Virus record (IMG/VR): IMGVR_UViG_3300020047_004730
DNA: 64,000 nucleotides
Reading direction: 5' to 3' (one strand)
From: an uncultured virus (IMG/VR IMGVR_UViG_3300020047_004730)
Taxonomy: Duplodnaviria > Heunggongvirae > Uroviricota > Caudoviricetes > Crassvirales
A model generated the notes under the pieces. The model saw only the letters and a list, made by a program, of their open reading frames with translations, made no database searches and had not been told where the DNA came from. How positions within the stretch are numbered: the first letter of the stretch is position 1; every line of letters begins with the position of its first letter. Both the position numbers and the translations under genes were made by a program. Shown here one piece after another: positions 48,301 to 56,687 of this stretch.

Positions 48301-49794
48301 TTTTTCAACATCAGATAATTTTGCACTTTTTGTATACTCATCAGACATTATTCCGGGAAGAAGATCTTGCCATGCATCATTTCTTGACACTGACTCATCA
48401 TATATTCTTTTACCATTTATGTCATATGTAGGGGTCTTAGTGTAATCATCGATTTGCTTTAACATCTTAGGAAGGCTTACAAATCCACTAGCAAAACTAG
48501 AAATTATATTACTAGCCATGTCGCCTCTTAATTCTTTTGGAGTTGATGCCTCACCGATAATCTTTTCCATGGAATCATTATTTTCCATTATAGTTTTAGA
48601 TTCATCGACAAGATTATCATATCTTTCCTTTAGCTGTAGCTTATTAGTTTTGTATGACTCATCATTTGTTATTTCATCATATTTTTCTTTAGTTATCTGA
48701 CCTGAAACATATAAATTTTTTAACTCTTCATCTGTCTCTTGTTGTTTTTTCAAGTCATCCTTAAATACAACAGAATTAGATACAAATCTTGTTATATTTT
48801 GTTGTGTATCTTCCCTAACGTCAGTGGCATTTTTCTTACCATACATTGCCATTGCATTATAATTATTTTGCAATGCATATCCTTTTCTGTAAAATTCTTG
48901 TTCTTTTATTTTAGAGTCAGTATCTGAAATTTCTTTTTCTATTTCATATGACGGTCTGCCAGCTGGATTTTTTAATTCATCAACTAGGTATCTTCTTTTT
49001 TCAACTAGATTATTATAGTCTCTAAATTCAAGATTGGATTTTATAAATGACTTAAATATTTCTTTTTCATTTTCTGTTCCATCTAAGTCTATTACGATAT
49101 CTTGAAGAGTTTTTTTGTTCGTTATTTTCAACATGTTACCCATGCCAGCTTCTTCGAAATCAAATAAATCATATCCAATATCTTTAAAGCTTCTAGATAA
49201 TTCATATACAGATTCTTCTTCTGATTTATTAACGTACTTAGATGCAGCTTCTGATATCTTATCTATCTTTTTTCTTTCTACTACAATAGGGTCATCATTC
49301 TCCATTACATTGAATGACTTTTTAAACAAATCTTGAGCTTGTTTTTGATCTACTGTAGCGTTCTTTTTTTCTTTCTGAATATCTGGTGTAGACGTAAATT
49401 TTAATTCAAGATTTTTCTCATAATCTGAATCAAATAATTTTTTAGAATTTTTCTCTAAATTTGAAATTCTTTTATCAACATCTCCTTTATATAGTTTGAT
49501 AAAATTTCCAGATCTATTTGTATCTACAAACCATTCATTGCCCTTCTTTTTGTATACAGAGAACTCATTACCGGGAAATGAATATAATCCTTCAGGCTTT
49601 CCTCCAGAAGAAACCGAAGGCTTTTGCTCCTTCTTGGCTGGAGTAACCGATGAAGTAGGTTTTTGACCTGATGGAGAAAGTGATGCCGTAGGTTCTTTTT
49701 TTTTTACAGCATCTTCACTTGAGTATTTTTCCCAAGGTTTCTTATCTTCTGTTTGTTGAGAATATTTTTCCCAAGGTTTTTTTTCTTCTGACAT
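39355..49794 (-). CDS. Giant polyvalent virion (ejected) protein with metallopeptidase-like and HhH-glycosylase-like modules
   Basis: 3479 aa; HEVFH...EEKVAE; WY...LSPQ.DW..N...KVRNFFNNI...VTIDTHA; FRFVHDFFGH...GEENAW...ETRGQNS. Confidence 0.75.
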   Translation of the reverse strand: MSEEKKPWEKYSQQTEDKKPWEKYSSEDAVKKKEPTASLSPSGQKPTSSVTPAKKEQKPSVSSGGKPEGLYSFPGNEFSVYKKKGNEWFVDTNRSGNFIKLYKGDVDKRISNLEKNSKKLFDSDYEKNLELKFTSTPDIQKEKKNATVDQKQAQDLFKKSFNVMENDDPIVVERKKIDKISEAASKYVNKSEEESVYELSRSFKDIGYDLFDFEEAGMGNMLKITNKKTLQDIVIDLDGTENEKEIFKSFIKSNLEFRDYNNLVEKRRYLVDELKNPAGRPSYEIEKEISDTDSKIKEQEFYRKGYALQNNYNAMAMYGKKNATDVREDTQQNITRFVSNSVVFKDDLKKQQETDEELKNLYVSGQITKEKYDEITNDESYKTNKLQLKERYDNLVDESKTIMENNDSMEKIIGEASTPKELRGDMASNIISSFASGFVSLPKMLKQIDDYTKTPTYDINGKRIYDESVSRNDAWQDLLPGIMSDEYTKSAKLSDVEKVLAGMAESIGAAASMPIGGAVGSVATSSFWRQGGIEIMKQLGKKAVLNPQQLGLFANSYLNFKDQINSDPDTAGIDEADKILLSGGYGYISSKLESLGMSKWFSKSPAGVNLTSYIMAKAFKDLPKDATEEMVDKAVKTNVNALIAKGVISLSAKGNVEASTEALQELGDIGIKYAYNEMKDQEVFKNPSFPEIVDRMSESYKLGLLGGTIMSSTTQAISTAKEVRTANQINTLEKIINDPNVKTVFENDLKTKILNNQITVEQAKDQIDELNSSIGLLDKIPANVTDKTESFKLLAEKQRLENEISGKDESLVSVQKARISEINNKLTQISEDANKKDNIQQQEGTTEGSTVEYQGTSEGQQKVGQGEGIQREATVNEANTGDSAVESISVKELGAKATQEVSNYISELGSNERIGGTIDSVMAKMNNAEYINDSEINSTIDTIFSEVESINNDANYSDQTKKSLSEKLMNIAEQLDNYEFRTKTETIAVTQRGTAPVAKQAATAKISAEKFFEGQTAEVNGVPATFKSNKGRTEAVMDNGETVVLDTPTMKINEGDFEFDDAGNLAAVTVTDRFGTTAKFTGDIAMDLAIKQRENEIGTVEQADFDTVYKEVETKYVKETSKSKEATNSEKVKTLRAQEQQELNEAIPNIEEYKVDGEINKESMPADVLAKYNEIYNKYDAKITPLLPATKTATTTKVEKATPTVAKQEVVTEVKPAAKTVEQEVEEIGKLLEGSDIEIDRIANTIPDKRMAKIVARAAKAISKIIPGTKFVVHDTNESFVLATGEGKTEDVGGVFDPKTNTIHINVTKANRRTVAHEVFHAILINKVKTDANAAAVTKRMVQAISAKIENNPALKKKLDDFISNYEENIQNEEKVAELVGILAENYNSMSASIKDLLARWIDKLANMFGLDPFDRNETYDMLNTIARKVAKGKVISEADVKVIPSVTDKNGNLEKPSESSIKNLKNRKQNIVKETKDSVIEGPIVSTRLPKANDAYSNDKYIVSISDLENIASKDAGAEAQYIKIAKEISGYNISKIKNVENIEDAKKVILDFKESIKLNLKWLYNSFGNDVRDISKLWYDGANKICNNISSEYNYSLEQVSGVMAVLSPQMDWFRNLSLGERVIDIYSKQQSSVFDSKMIEYVKNASSGTGKNKVPLFKDSQELISRVKNKKLSELNNKDKAYFIRVFDEVYNPREYNNISPNGLVNGLVRKKDGTPGACGWGAFPTIEKSISILQDGSIKNISSNLGNMHKVRNFFNNISNPNDVNAVTIDTHAVAAALLLPLSGSSKQVLYNFGGAGNVNTGMTGTYPVYADAYRELANELNLLPREVQSINWEAVRGLFKATFKSNKSNESNVNDIWNKYSNNEISLDDAHSQISNIAGGISKPVWFEYLADNNAKSLDKNSAGVDQASLDNEEVINTTKRKQKPVAGNKLFNEPLKDASTIADRYAKKSGITMQEVVPVTSLDKENSKAISDEFEKMKDDPTNPEVAAAYNKMAEETIAQYKEIVNDGYFVEINNEEPYSSSEDMIKDLKENKRFKVYSTESGFGDNGITEKQRSENPLLKDSGFKDVNGETLLVNDVFRFVHDFFGHAKFGNSFGPIGEENAWMIHSVMYSPLARRAMTSETRGQNSYVNFSGVNEEAFRLRDKARALRQEGKIEQANKLVEKVYDIMKFADQKVGLMPEWVSGTGNIDGAVKARKQKPSNINAVIKLCKENGFSNEAITKYLKDKGFSDEQINNSLAPYIAKENAKNDFNIEYSRLIDEGATEENAFNESMENIVYKMEDDILREEVARELMKDYDKKTKSAPSVGKILDKKAPITITTNDVKGLTDIIKREAKAAKDKKKQVKEVLTSIADQVKDMVTKGKINIRQMSAIINALKNTNFDNQLMVDRFMDYVLKVVSNADYIERVSNGINFKKAIKRNLKGKANPFVSVAKSFTELNPKWVVDINKYNEIAELVLNSVKSTRITKDIIKFKKEADIDVIAKYIAEEQENHLKMQESNLRDRYERITEESSEGKTIEEMNTVLLNLKDKKDYSNEIANELKNKLEEYKKMVTNDDLAEVKAAVNVDLNLIDNKMAIRILDALDTYFANESNASLKDIMATYNGIVAAKEFKGKARPLRMLGSKKIGRVQNEQFTNINMMFKRLFTGQNAGQAFSEAIGFNNLVKGSNRAERQSLDKQNEYTKKFKNIKNFNSAENIFERNVISWLRRRDVNANEQDSFNKRLKLLKDSVDVLRKSGTSTEIAKADMYEKVFKKLGLYDDNINIDGVLSKSEKFNIEAADFVMDMFSEIYPQLKDTALGVYNTMLANDINYTPDKFTNLDSSIPSEFDLDSSGFMSFNSNYTLDKNSAGVLIETTRPSKLPANMYIDLDFDRNMFRSYKLALNDIYTAEAIRYTNAFLKSDNFAEIIPTAEDRRIVVSAIQGYVSAKKGKNYIEKSEMDFFNSFLDAVGGFGAARALAGFSQFVNQWGTANVNTLANAGEHMRPGDLFNKEILEMIADSGLPISNVGIDALTTIENADKELEKAGIVATVGGAIDKYTLSYLKKWNSFLLKQLLANPDRFARIQAFAAYYRQSMAQQKIKVDWKKPNQKALKYAQSMIDANMDVSDTEMRGQFFKSKNAYVKIIKQVFFPFATFSMNQRNRVWSDISVVANKNTSLQDRLYAIRSLTGFTAEFAAYNSIRYYVGLGIISAASGLLGLDDEDEEKVIEKYKSNLEKSIFSSSITDVISPTPILDDLTLSTMNKMIPMFGIGTPSDEDFNKYIDELNKNKLFKGQDVLTDEEIASKKDKFMLENQFQFFIDKEKSSGMLGIQLTKIEELSDIIKAYNTGKYTRKRYAGGGYEEVNLSDEAKDKLKIIALLKLEGTLIGPRETDQIANRMFKIVKDTETLSENQKVKYDEIKKQYKIDPYKLSLIKTTMKTENILNEIEYIESNGGLTEKQSKEYAKLREIGEVDVWDLEELQKGKTASEIVKKK

Positions 49795-49797
49795 AGA

Positions 49798-51360
49798 TTA
49801 ATTTTTTTTCCAATTTTTCTTATCTGCAGGATCTCCACCTAGAAATGTATATCCTTCTACCGAATCACCCTTTTTAGGTGTTTTACCGCCTGTACTTGTT
49901 TCTCCTGTATTCGTATTCGTGCTGCCTCCCGGTTTGTAGTAGTAATCACCGTAAAGTTTCTTGTAATCATCTTTTCCTTTATGATACAATGGAACATTAC
50001 CTTTCACGTTTTTCAAGTACTGAGTCATTCCATCAGGACTGTATATTCTTACTTTTTGATTAGCAGGCTTAATTTTACCATTACCAACGTCTATTTTTTC
50101 ATCAATTACAACATAAGGATTTCCATCTTTGTCTTTATACCAGTTGAATGTATAGTTGTCAGTATCGAATCCTGCAAAATTTCCTTTAGAAAGAGCGTCA
50201 GCTGATGCCGTATATGCGTTAATAGCTACTTTCTGGTCGTCAGTACCTCCACCTCCACCACTGCTTGAATACGGCTGAGGTGCACTAGCTTGAATCTTAG
50301 TTTCAATCTGGTAGTCAATCTCTTTAGCAACTCTCTCTTTAGCTGCAGTCAGTTGATCGTTCGTAAGTACTGGAATCATTTCTCCAGCTGCATTCTTTTC
50401 AAACTTAATAAATGACATTTCAATTTTCTTCTTGTCATCATCAGTAAATTTCTTTCCTGCTGCTTCGTATTCAGCCTTTGCTTTAGATAGCTCCTTAGAT
50501 AGCATTGCATCTTTTTCGCTATCTTTTGAGTAGTAGTTTGCTGAATTAATAACGCCATTATCAACTAGTATACTAAGTGCTGACTTTGGGTTTGACGTTA
50601 CTGCATTAGCAACATTTATCTGCATGAACTTATAATCATCTTGATTTTTAATGCTTGAAACTGTTTTTTCACCACCTCTACCAAGCATAGTCCATTCATC
50701 TACACTCTTCCAGTTTCCAATAGCTCCATCAACAACTGAGCCAATGTCTACTCGATTTATCTGAAGGTTTTCTGGACGAGCAAAGTCACGGTAATCAATA
50801 AGTTCACCTACTGGATTTCCTGATGCGTCTGTCTCTTGTAAGTACATAGATCCATCATTACCCAATACCATCTTCTTGTTATTCAAGTCAGCCATCTTAA
50901 GGTATTCATTCATGTAGAATGACTCTCCGTCAGATGCTGCAACTACTCCATTAGCATCTGGAGTAAGTCTGTCTTGATAAAGCTTGAATCTTTCATCAGC
51001 TGTCTTTGCTTGGTCAGCAAAATTACTCCAGTATTCCTGTGCGTTTGCAAGAGTCTTCTTATAATCTGCAGTTGATATTTCTCTATTGTATAGCTTCTTC
51101 TTTAAATCAAGAGCCATCTTCTTGTACTTATCAGCTCCATCAATAACGAAGTTCGTTAGCGTCTGCTTTTCAAGATTTAATGGTTTGTTTAATTTAGTAA
51201 GCGTATCTGAATATTGAGTTTCAATTTCTTCAATTGCCTTATCCCTATTCTTACCTATCTGAGATACTTCAGCTCCTAACTTAGAGGTTAGTGCAGCCCA
51301 ATCTACATTGGATCCACGATCTCTATATTCTATATTTTGTAGTGTACTTTGTCCTGCCAT
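49798..51360 (-). CDS. Probable internal virion/ejection protein
   Basis: Helical 520 aa between a pilot-like gene and the giant gene; C-terminal GYTFLGGDPADKKNW. Confidence 0.6.
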   Translation of the reverse strand: MAGQSTLQNIEYRDRGSNVDWAALTSKLGAEVSQIGKNRDKAIEEIETQYSDTLTKLNKPLNLEKQTLTNFVIDGADKYKKMALDLKKKLYNREISTADYKKTLANAQEYWSNFADQAKTADERFKLYQDRLTPDANGVVAASDGESFYMNEYLKMADLNNKKMVLGNDGSMYLQETDASGNPVGELIDYRDFARPENLQINRVDIGSVVDGAIGNWKSVDEWTMLGRGGEKTVSSIKNQDDYKFMQINVANAVTSNPKSALSILVDNGVINSANYYSKDSEKDAMLSKELSKAKAEYEAAGKKFTDDDKKKIEMSFIKFEKNAAGEMIPVLTNDQLTAAKERVAKEIDYQIETKIQASAPQPYSSSGGGGGTDDQKVAINAYTASADALSKGNFAGFDTDNYTFNWYKDKDGNPYVVIDEKIDVGNGKIKPANQKVRIYSPDGMTQYLKNVKGNVPLYHKGKDDYKKLYGDYYYKPGGSTNTNTGETSTGGKTPKKGDSVEGYTFLGGDPADKKNWKKN

Positions 51361-51374
51361 AATATATCTATAAC

Positions 51375-52121
51375 TTAGTTATATCCACCTAATCCAGCAG
51401 GTGCTCCTGCATTCCATAAATAATCTCCAGCTAGATTGCTTGCACCCACTACAGGCGCTCCATAGTTAGATGTTACACTTCCAGAGTAATTAGCTACTGG
51501 ATTACTGTATGCTTTCTTAAATGATTTGCGTGAAATATTAGATTCATCCTTATCTTTCTTATACTTATATCTTCCTGTTGCTGGGTCAAAGTCTCCAGCT
51601 GCTGCTCCAATACCTGCTGCTGCAGCTCCTACCATTCCAGAAATTGCGTCATTCCTATTTGCTGAAGCTGTATTGAATTGAGTATTGGCTTGACCTATCT
51701 CATATCCTGCAGCTTCTTCTTGACGTCTTACTGCATCCTGACCAATTCTTGATTGCTCATTAGCCTTCAATAAGTCAGTCTGTGCATTAATTTCTCCTTG
51801 CTGTTGTGCAGCCTGAAGATTTGCCTCTTGTCCTGCCTGAACTAAGTTGGTTACACCCCCAATAGCTCCCTCAGCTCCGGTCTGAGATAGTGCATCAACT
51901 CCTTGAGACATAGCTCTTTGAGTTCTATCAAATTGTAATGATGAAATATCTGGTGCTTGCAATGAAGCTAGAGCATTCTGCTCTGTAATATTTTTGTATC
52001 CTTGAAGTGCTGCATTTGATTTTGCTTGAGCTTCTTTCATACGTCTGCCCTCTTGGACAGCCTGAATAGCACTCATGCCTAAACCTGCTAAAGATACACC
52101 TGCTGAAATAAGTCCGAACAT
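51375..52121 (-). CDS. Probable ejection/pilot protein
   Basis: Gly/Ala-rich hydrophobic N-terminus, Q/A-rich coiled coil. Confidence 0.6.
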   Translation of the reverse strand: MFGLISAGVSLAGLGMSAIQAVQEGRRMKEAQAKSNAALQGYKNITEQNALASLQAPDISSLQFDRTQRAMSQGVDALSQTGAEGAIGGVTNLVQAGQEANLQAAQQQGEINAQTDLLKANEQSRIGQDAVRRQEEAAGYEIGQANTQFNTASANRNDAISGMVGAAAAGIGAAAGDFDPATGRYKYKKDKDESNISRKSFKKAYSNPVANYSGSVTSNYGAPVVGASNLAGDYLWNAGAPAGLGGYN

Positions 52122-52163
52122 AGTGAAGATTTTAACGCAAAGATAGTTAAATTTACCTTATCA

Positions 52164-52889
52164 TTAAGGATTTGACTTAAAAACATTTGAACTGATTTCA
52201 AATATCTCTACCTCGTCTTCTGAACTATTGGTTATTGTTACCTCCATCCATGCGCCACGAGCACCAAAACTCTCAGCCTGACTGGCTTTAACGTACACGA
52301 TCAAGTCAGAAGATGCTGGTGCGCTGATTTCCGACACGAGAGTTATGGACTGAGCGTCATGTGAGGCTACCATTCCAACTAAAATTAGTGCGCCACCAAC
52401 TACCTTGTAGATTGCATCTCCCTGACTGATCGATGTACCAATATTAAAGTCAAAAGAAATTACAGGATTAGAGTATGAATCAACCTCCCCAATTCCTTGA
52501 GTTGATAATGCCCTATTGTCCCCGTCTCCAGAGTTACGTCTTATAAAGGCAAACCAATGTCCTTCCTTTTGAACGAACCAATCCTTATCAATTATTCCAG
52601 TATTTAAGTCTGTTGTTGCTGATAAATCCCAAACGTCGTTACTCTCCAATGAGATAGTCTTGAACATCTTAAGTGTTGTCGGCTCTTGATTAAAGAGCAT
52701 TGTTATAGAAGAGTCATACTTAATATCGTAAAACTCATTTCTAGTAGAATTAGAATCGTGCTTGTAAAGGCTTCCATCCTTCCATGTGTAGAATGTATTA
52801 TTCATTCCAGTCATCCAGTCAGGAATAAAGGACCAAAAAGAGGTCCAGCCATTACCCGTTGGTGAATATGATATAGTCTTATCTGCCAT
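52164..52889 (-). CDS. Tail muzzle/stabilization protein, separated C-terminal part
   Basis: TISYS...GWTSFWSFIPD...FYTWKDGSLYKH...KMFKTISLE...KEG.WF pattern. Confidence 0.6.
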   Translation of the reverse strand: MADKTISYSPTGNGWTSFWSFIPDWMTGMNNTFYTWKDGSLYKHDSNSTRNEFYDIKYDSSITMLFNQEPTTLKMFKTISLESNDVWDLSATTDLNTGIIDKDWFVQKEGHWFAFIRRNSGDGDNRALSTQGIGEVDSYSNPVISFDFNIGTSISQGDAIYKVVGGALILVGMVASHDAQSITLVSEISAPASSDLIVYVKASQAESFGARGAWMEVTITNSSEDEVEIFEISSNVFKSNP

Positions 52890-52902
52890 AATGCAAAGAT
52901 AG

Positions 52903-53820
52903 TTAAATTAAACAAGTATCAACCGACTGAACTAAGTCAAAGTATTTCTTCGAGCAGTGTTCATCCGAAAGCTCTAGCTCAATTCCATACGGTAGCTTGT
53001 CAATATAATCAGCCTTAAAGAACATTCCCCTATTTGGACCAGACACCCCAGCATTATGGAAGAACGCATGTTCGTCCCATCTGTCAGTATGGCATGTAGC
53101 CCAGCTAAAGTTAAATTCTTTCGGACATACTGTCTTGTATCCATTCTTCCATGCAGTCCAAAGTTCAGCCCACATTGATGCCGTCCATATCTGTATTCCG
53201 TACTGATGCCCCTCTGGCTTGATGTGAGCGACTTTCTTTAGAAGTTGGTATAGATTTACTGAATGAGCGTTTACCTCCCTCCAGTAGTCCTTATTTACGT
53301 TCTTCATTAACTTCTGTGCGCCACCTGAATTCTTCTCGTTAGACTCAACTAACGAACGATTGATTCCTATGGTCTGGCACATCATGTCAAGTACTGCCGA
53401 ACCTTTGCTTTTAATATACTCCGATCCGATGTAACTTACCGTATCACTGAAGTACCAAATGTCGTCCTGCAGGAATGGAGTGAAGTCGAAATATTTTGTG
53501 AATAAGAAGTCTGCATCATGGAAAAACAAGGCGCACTCAGATAAGTATGGGTGCAGTTCGAAGTGTTTATATAAAATTGCACTCTGCATGGCTGGTGCGT
53601 ATTCACAATCATAATACTCGTATACGTGAATTTCCACGTCAGGGAATGCTTGTTTTAACACCGTCCATGACTTATCAACTCCAGAGCTTGACGTGTACCC
53701 TCCAAGTACAATAATATCTTCTGGATTATATCCCAGTCGAATGAACTGGGTTAAATATACCTCAACCTGCCAAGCATAATACTGAGTGGCAGGTTGAGCG
53801 CTAATTAGTTTTAACTGCAT
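52903..53820 (-). CDS. GT-A glycosyltransferase resembling HPAT/SGT peptide O-glycosyltransferases
   Basis: YYAWQ near the N-terminus, YAP, FFHDADFLF (DxD), WTASMWA, C-terminal FFHNAG. Confidence 0.7.
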   Translation of the reverse strand: MQLKLISAQPATQYYAWQVEVYLTQFIRLGYNPEDIIVLGGYTSSSGVDKSWTVLKQAFPDVEIHVYEYYDCEYAPAMQSAILYKHFELHPYLSECALFFHDADFLFTKYFDFTPFLQDDIWYFSDTVSYIGSEYIKSKGSAVLDMMCQTIGINRSLVESNEKNSGGAQKLMKNVNKDYWREVNAHSVNLYQLLKKVAHIKPEGHQYGIQIWTASMWAELWTAWKNGYKTVCPKEFNFSWATCHTDRWDEHAFFHNAGVSGPNRGMFFKADYIDKLPYGIELELSDEHCSKKYFDLVQSVDTCLI

Positions 53821-56684
53821 GTGTAAGATACTTCAGTCCATACATCTCCGTCCCATTGTTCGGATACAGTTTGAGTTAATTTTTGATACCATCCAGCATC
53901 CGCTTTTGCGCTACCGTCTGCTTTTTTAAATATGTTATTCCCAGCTACTCCCATTGGTCCATCTATCCAGTATTCAGATATTGTACCATTACAAGACAAT
54001 ACTCCAGTAGTTCCGTATCTAAGAAGCATCCTAGTTAGTGGCGCTGCAGTAGTTGTGGTGGTTGTAGTAGTAGTTGTACTTGTTGTGGTTGTACTTGTAG
54101 TGGTGGTAGTTGTCGTAGTTGTTATTCCTTGACAGTCAACACAGTTATCAAAAGTAAACAAAATTGTTGATATTGCAGGTCCAGATCCAGCGTATGAGTT
54201 TATTGTATAACAGGTTCCATTTACTGCCTTTACTACAGTTCCTAACGGTAGCTGTAATAATGCCTGTTCGCTAATAATAACTGATGGAGAAGCAGTTCCG
54301 CATGCCGTACAGTTATAGAACCAAGTTGGTAACGTAGTAGTAGTTGTAGTAGTTGTCGCTGAACAATTAACCACAGCTAATACCTGACCAAGCAGTCCAA
54401 TTTGTATTACTATCCCAGTAGATACCTTGTACCACTTTGACAGTCCATTAAACGTAATAGTTCCACCAGCATCTGTAAACACAAAGTCTGAAACAGTAGG
54501 AACAGCTCCAGCTCCGTTATGATATCTAGTAGTCCAAGGAGCAGCTCCGTTATCGCAAGCTAGAGATGATGACACAAATGCATCGGCATCAATACTGAAT
54601 GCTGTTATTGGAGTTGCTGTAGTTGTTGTGGTAGTTGTAGTTGTTGTAGTAACACTCAAACAAGTGTCGCAGTCAGCATACGTAACTACTGGATGCTCAA
54701 TCGATAGGTATGGGAATGTAGCTGTAGTTACAGATGTAATCGTCCAACAGTTACCGTCATCCGTCTTTACAATATCTGACACAATTACTCCTGATGTAGT
54801 CGCATCAAAAAGAACAGCCGATACAGTTGGATCAACACAAGATGTACCCACAAAGTAATCACCTGTAGGTAATGTAGTTGTAGTTGTAGTAGTGGTTGTA
54901 GTTGTAGTTGTAGTTGTTGATGTAGGACACTCGTTCTTACTGCAAACCTTACCTAACTCGTTTAGTTTTATAGAGTATGTCGCAGGGTCAATGCTGTACC
55001 AAACCCCTCCACCCATAAATGGCTCTAGTCCCTTATCGTCCTTGAATACGTGATCTCCTTCTGTCGGAACGTATCCAGCTCCATCGTGATACATTATTGA
55101 GTAAAGTGGAGAACTCAAAACGCATGCAGCATCCCCAGTATCAGCGAAGTTCTCTACGTCAATAAGGAATGGCTTCAGTTGGATATCAGTACCTACCGTT
55201 ACAGTAAGTGACTTAACCACTGAGTCACCAAAACAGTTAGATGCCTGAACGTCAAACATAAATGTACAGCTGTCTGTAGGAGTTCCTGAAATACTTCCCG
55301 TATCGCTTAATGTTATCCCTGCAGGAAGTATGTCAGCCTGAGAAGGTCCAACAAGTGTCTGCGCTCCCGGTCCTCCTATAACTGCAGGTGTTGATGAGGA
55401 AGAAATTAAAGACGTAGTGTTTGCACTTACGGTTACCTTCTTCGCTTGATTGTCACATGATGTGTAACTAAATATTGTTCCAGTATCTCCACCCGTTAGC
55501 TCGTATGTATTACATGTTGCATTTACTATACTCCACGATGTAGGATTTCCAGTTGCTAATAATTGAATGTTAACATTTCTTCCAACCAGAAGTGATAAGT
55601 CTTCTTGATGTATAAACGGTGGAGCAAACTCATTGCAGTCACACCCCCCATTAGCAAATACAGCTCCGTCGGATGCCACCCCAATATACGTACCTCCAGA
55701 AACAGGCGGTACAAGTAATGACGTTACTGATGTCTGGTAGTAAGCACCACCACCATCGAATAATACGTACTCTCCATTCTCTAATCTATAAATCCTATCT
55801 CCCGTTGTTGGAAGTAATCCAGCTCCGTCATGATAGTATAACTCGTCAGCTACTTGAGAACAAACATTAGCTAGTGTTCCAACAGCTGAGTCTATATAAA
55901 AAGAAGTTAACGTAGGATCTATTCTCTCTAAGAAGAATGATGTGTTGGTAGATATAGTTGTAGCATATACATTAGATACCCCAGTAGATAGGTGCTTACT
56001 GAATCTTAATTGTCCAGTTCCGTTATTTACTAATCCATTATATGGAGCCACTAGTCCTATGTCTTCTGGACTTATACCGTCAGCAATTAGTGCTAGATAG
56101 TTAGCATTAGAATTCAATCCTACATACTTAGTGTCTGCTACTATTACGCCATTCCATTCTATCTGAACTCTAGTTGGCTTGTCAGGGATCACATAATCAA
56201 TTCCAGCTCTACCTAAATCAGTTCCAAAGTCGCAATCAATAATTCTTTCTGATCCTGCACCTAGGTAAGATACAACTCCGCTATCTAAATTATCTGAGTA
56301 GTCCCATATAACATACAAGAACGGGAGATCATCAGGATTTAAAAATACAAATGTACCCTCATATCTTCCTCCATCCGTAGCACTATACACCACTGGTATC
56401 TCTGTAGCGTTTGATACTATCTCAGATCTATCTGAAGGACCATACTGAATATCAGACACTAGGTAGTACACCTTGTTGTTTAATCCCGGTTGTAGCTTCT
56501 GATTTATTTTATTTGATCCATTTCCAGCAATTATATATACCGTATCACCATTTGCAGGCATATAATCTATACCACCTATGCCGTTTCTAGAGTCAAACAA
56601 AGATACGCCAGAGTCAGACAGATTGATTCTATCTATTTGATAGTAAGTGACTCCATCAGGAGAGTATGATTGATTTGATTGCAT
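53811..56684 (-). CDS. Mucin-like virion appendage protein with four poly-Thr tracts, Ig-like and Cys-rich domains
   Basis: Poly-Thr linkers; He_PIG-like LPAGITLSDTGSISGTPT; repeated YH.GAG..P...D modules. Confidence 0.75.
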   Translation of the reverse strand: MQSNQSYSPDGVTYYQIDRINLSDSGVSLFDSRNGIGGIDYMPANGDTVYIIAGNGSNKINQKLQPGLNNKVYYLVSDIQYGPSDRSEIVSNATEIPVVYSATDGGRYEGTFVFLNPDDLPFLYVIWDYSDNLDSGVVSYLGAGSERIIDCDFGTDLGRAGIDYVIPDKPTRVQIEWNGVIVADTKYVGLNSNANYLALIADGISPEDIGLVAPYNGLVNNGTGQLRFSKHLSTGVSNVYATTISTNTSFFLERIDPTLTSFYIDSAVGTLANVCSQVADELYYHDGAGLLPTTGDRIYRLENGEYVLFDGGGAYYQTSVTSLLVPPVSGGTYIGVASDGAVFANGGCDCNEFAPPFIHQEDLSLLVGRNVNIQLLATGNPTSWSIVNATCNTYELTGGDTGTIFSYTSCDNQAKKVTVSANTTSLISSSSTPAVIGGPGAQTLVGPSQADILPAGITLSDTGSISGTPTDSCTFMFDVQASNCFGDSVVKSLTVTVGTDIQLKPFLIDVENFADTGDAACVLSSPLYSIMYHDGAGYVPTEGDHVFKDDKGLEPFMGGGVWYSIDPATYSIKLNELGKVCSKNECPTSTTTTTTTTTTTTTTTLPTGDYFVGTSCVDPTVSAVLFDATTSGVIVSDIVKTDDGNCWTITSVTTATFPYLSIEHPVVTYADCDTCLSVTTTTTTTTTTTATPITAFSIDADAFVSSSLACDNGAAPWTTRYHNGAGAVPTVSDFVFTDAGGTITFNGLSKWYKVSTGIVIQIGLLGQVLAVVNCSATTTTTTTTLPTWFYNCTACGTASPSVIISEQALLQLPLGTVVKAVNGTCYTINSYAGSGPAISTILFTFDNCVDCQGITTTTTTTTTSTTTTSTTTTTTTTTTAAPLTRMLLRYGTTGVLSCNGTISEYWIDGPMGVAGNNIFKKADGSAKADAGWYQKLTQTVSEQWDGDVWTEVSYTCS

Positions 56685-56687
56685 ATT

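Noticed and set aside
39992..50205. Many plus-strand ORFs inside the giant and ejection genes
   Set aside because: Antisense shadow frames of long minus-strand genes
53932..54858. Plus-strand poly-Val ORFs
   Set aside because: Antisense shadows of the poly-Thr tracts
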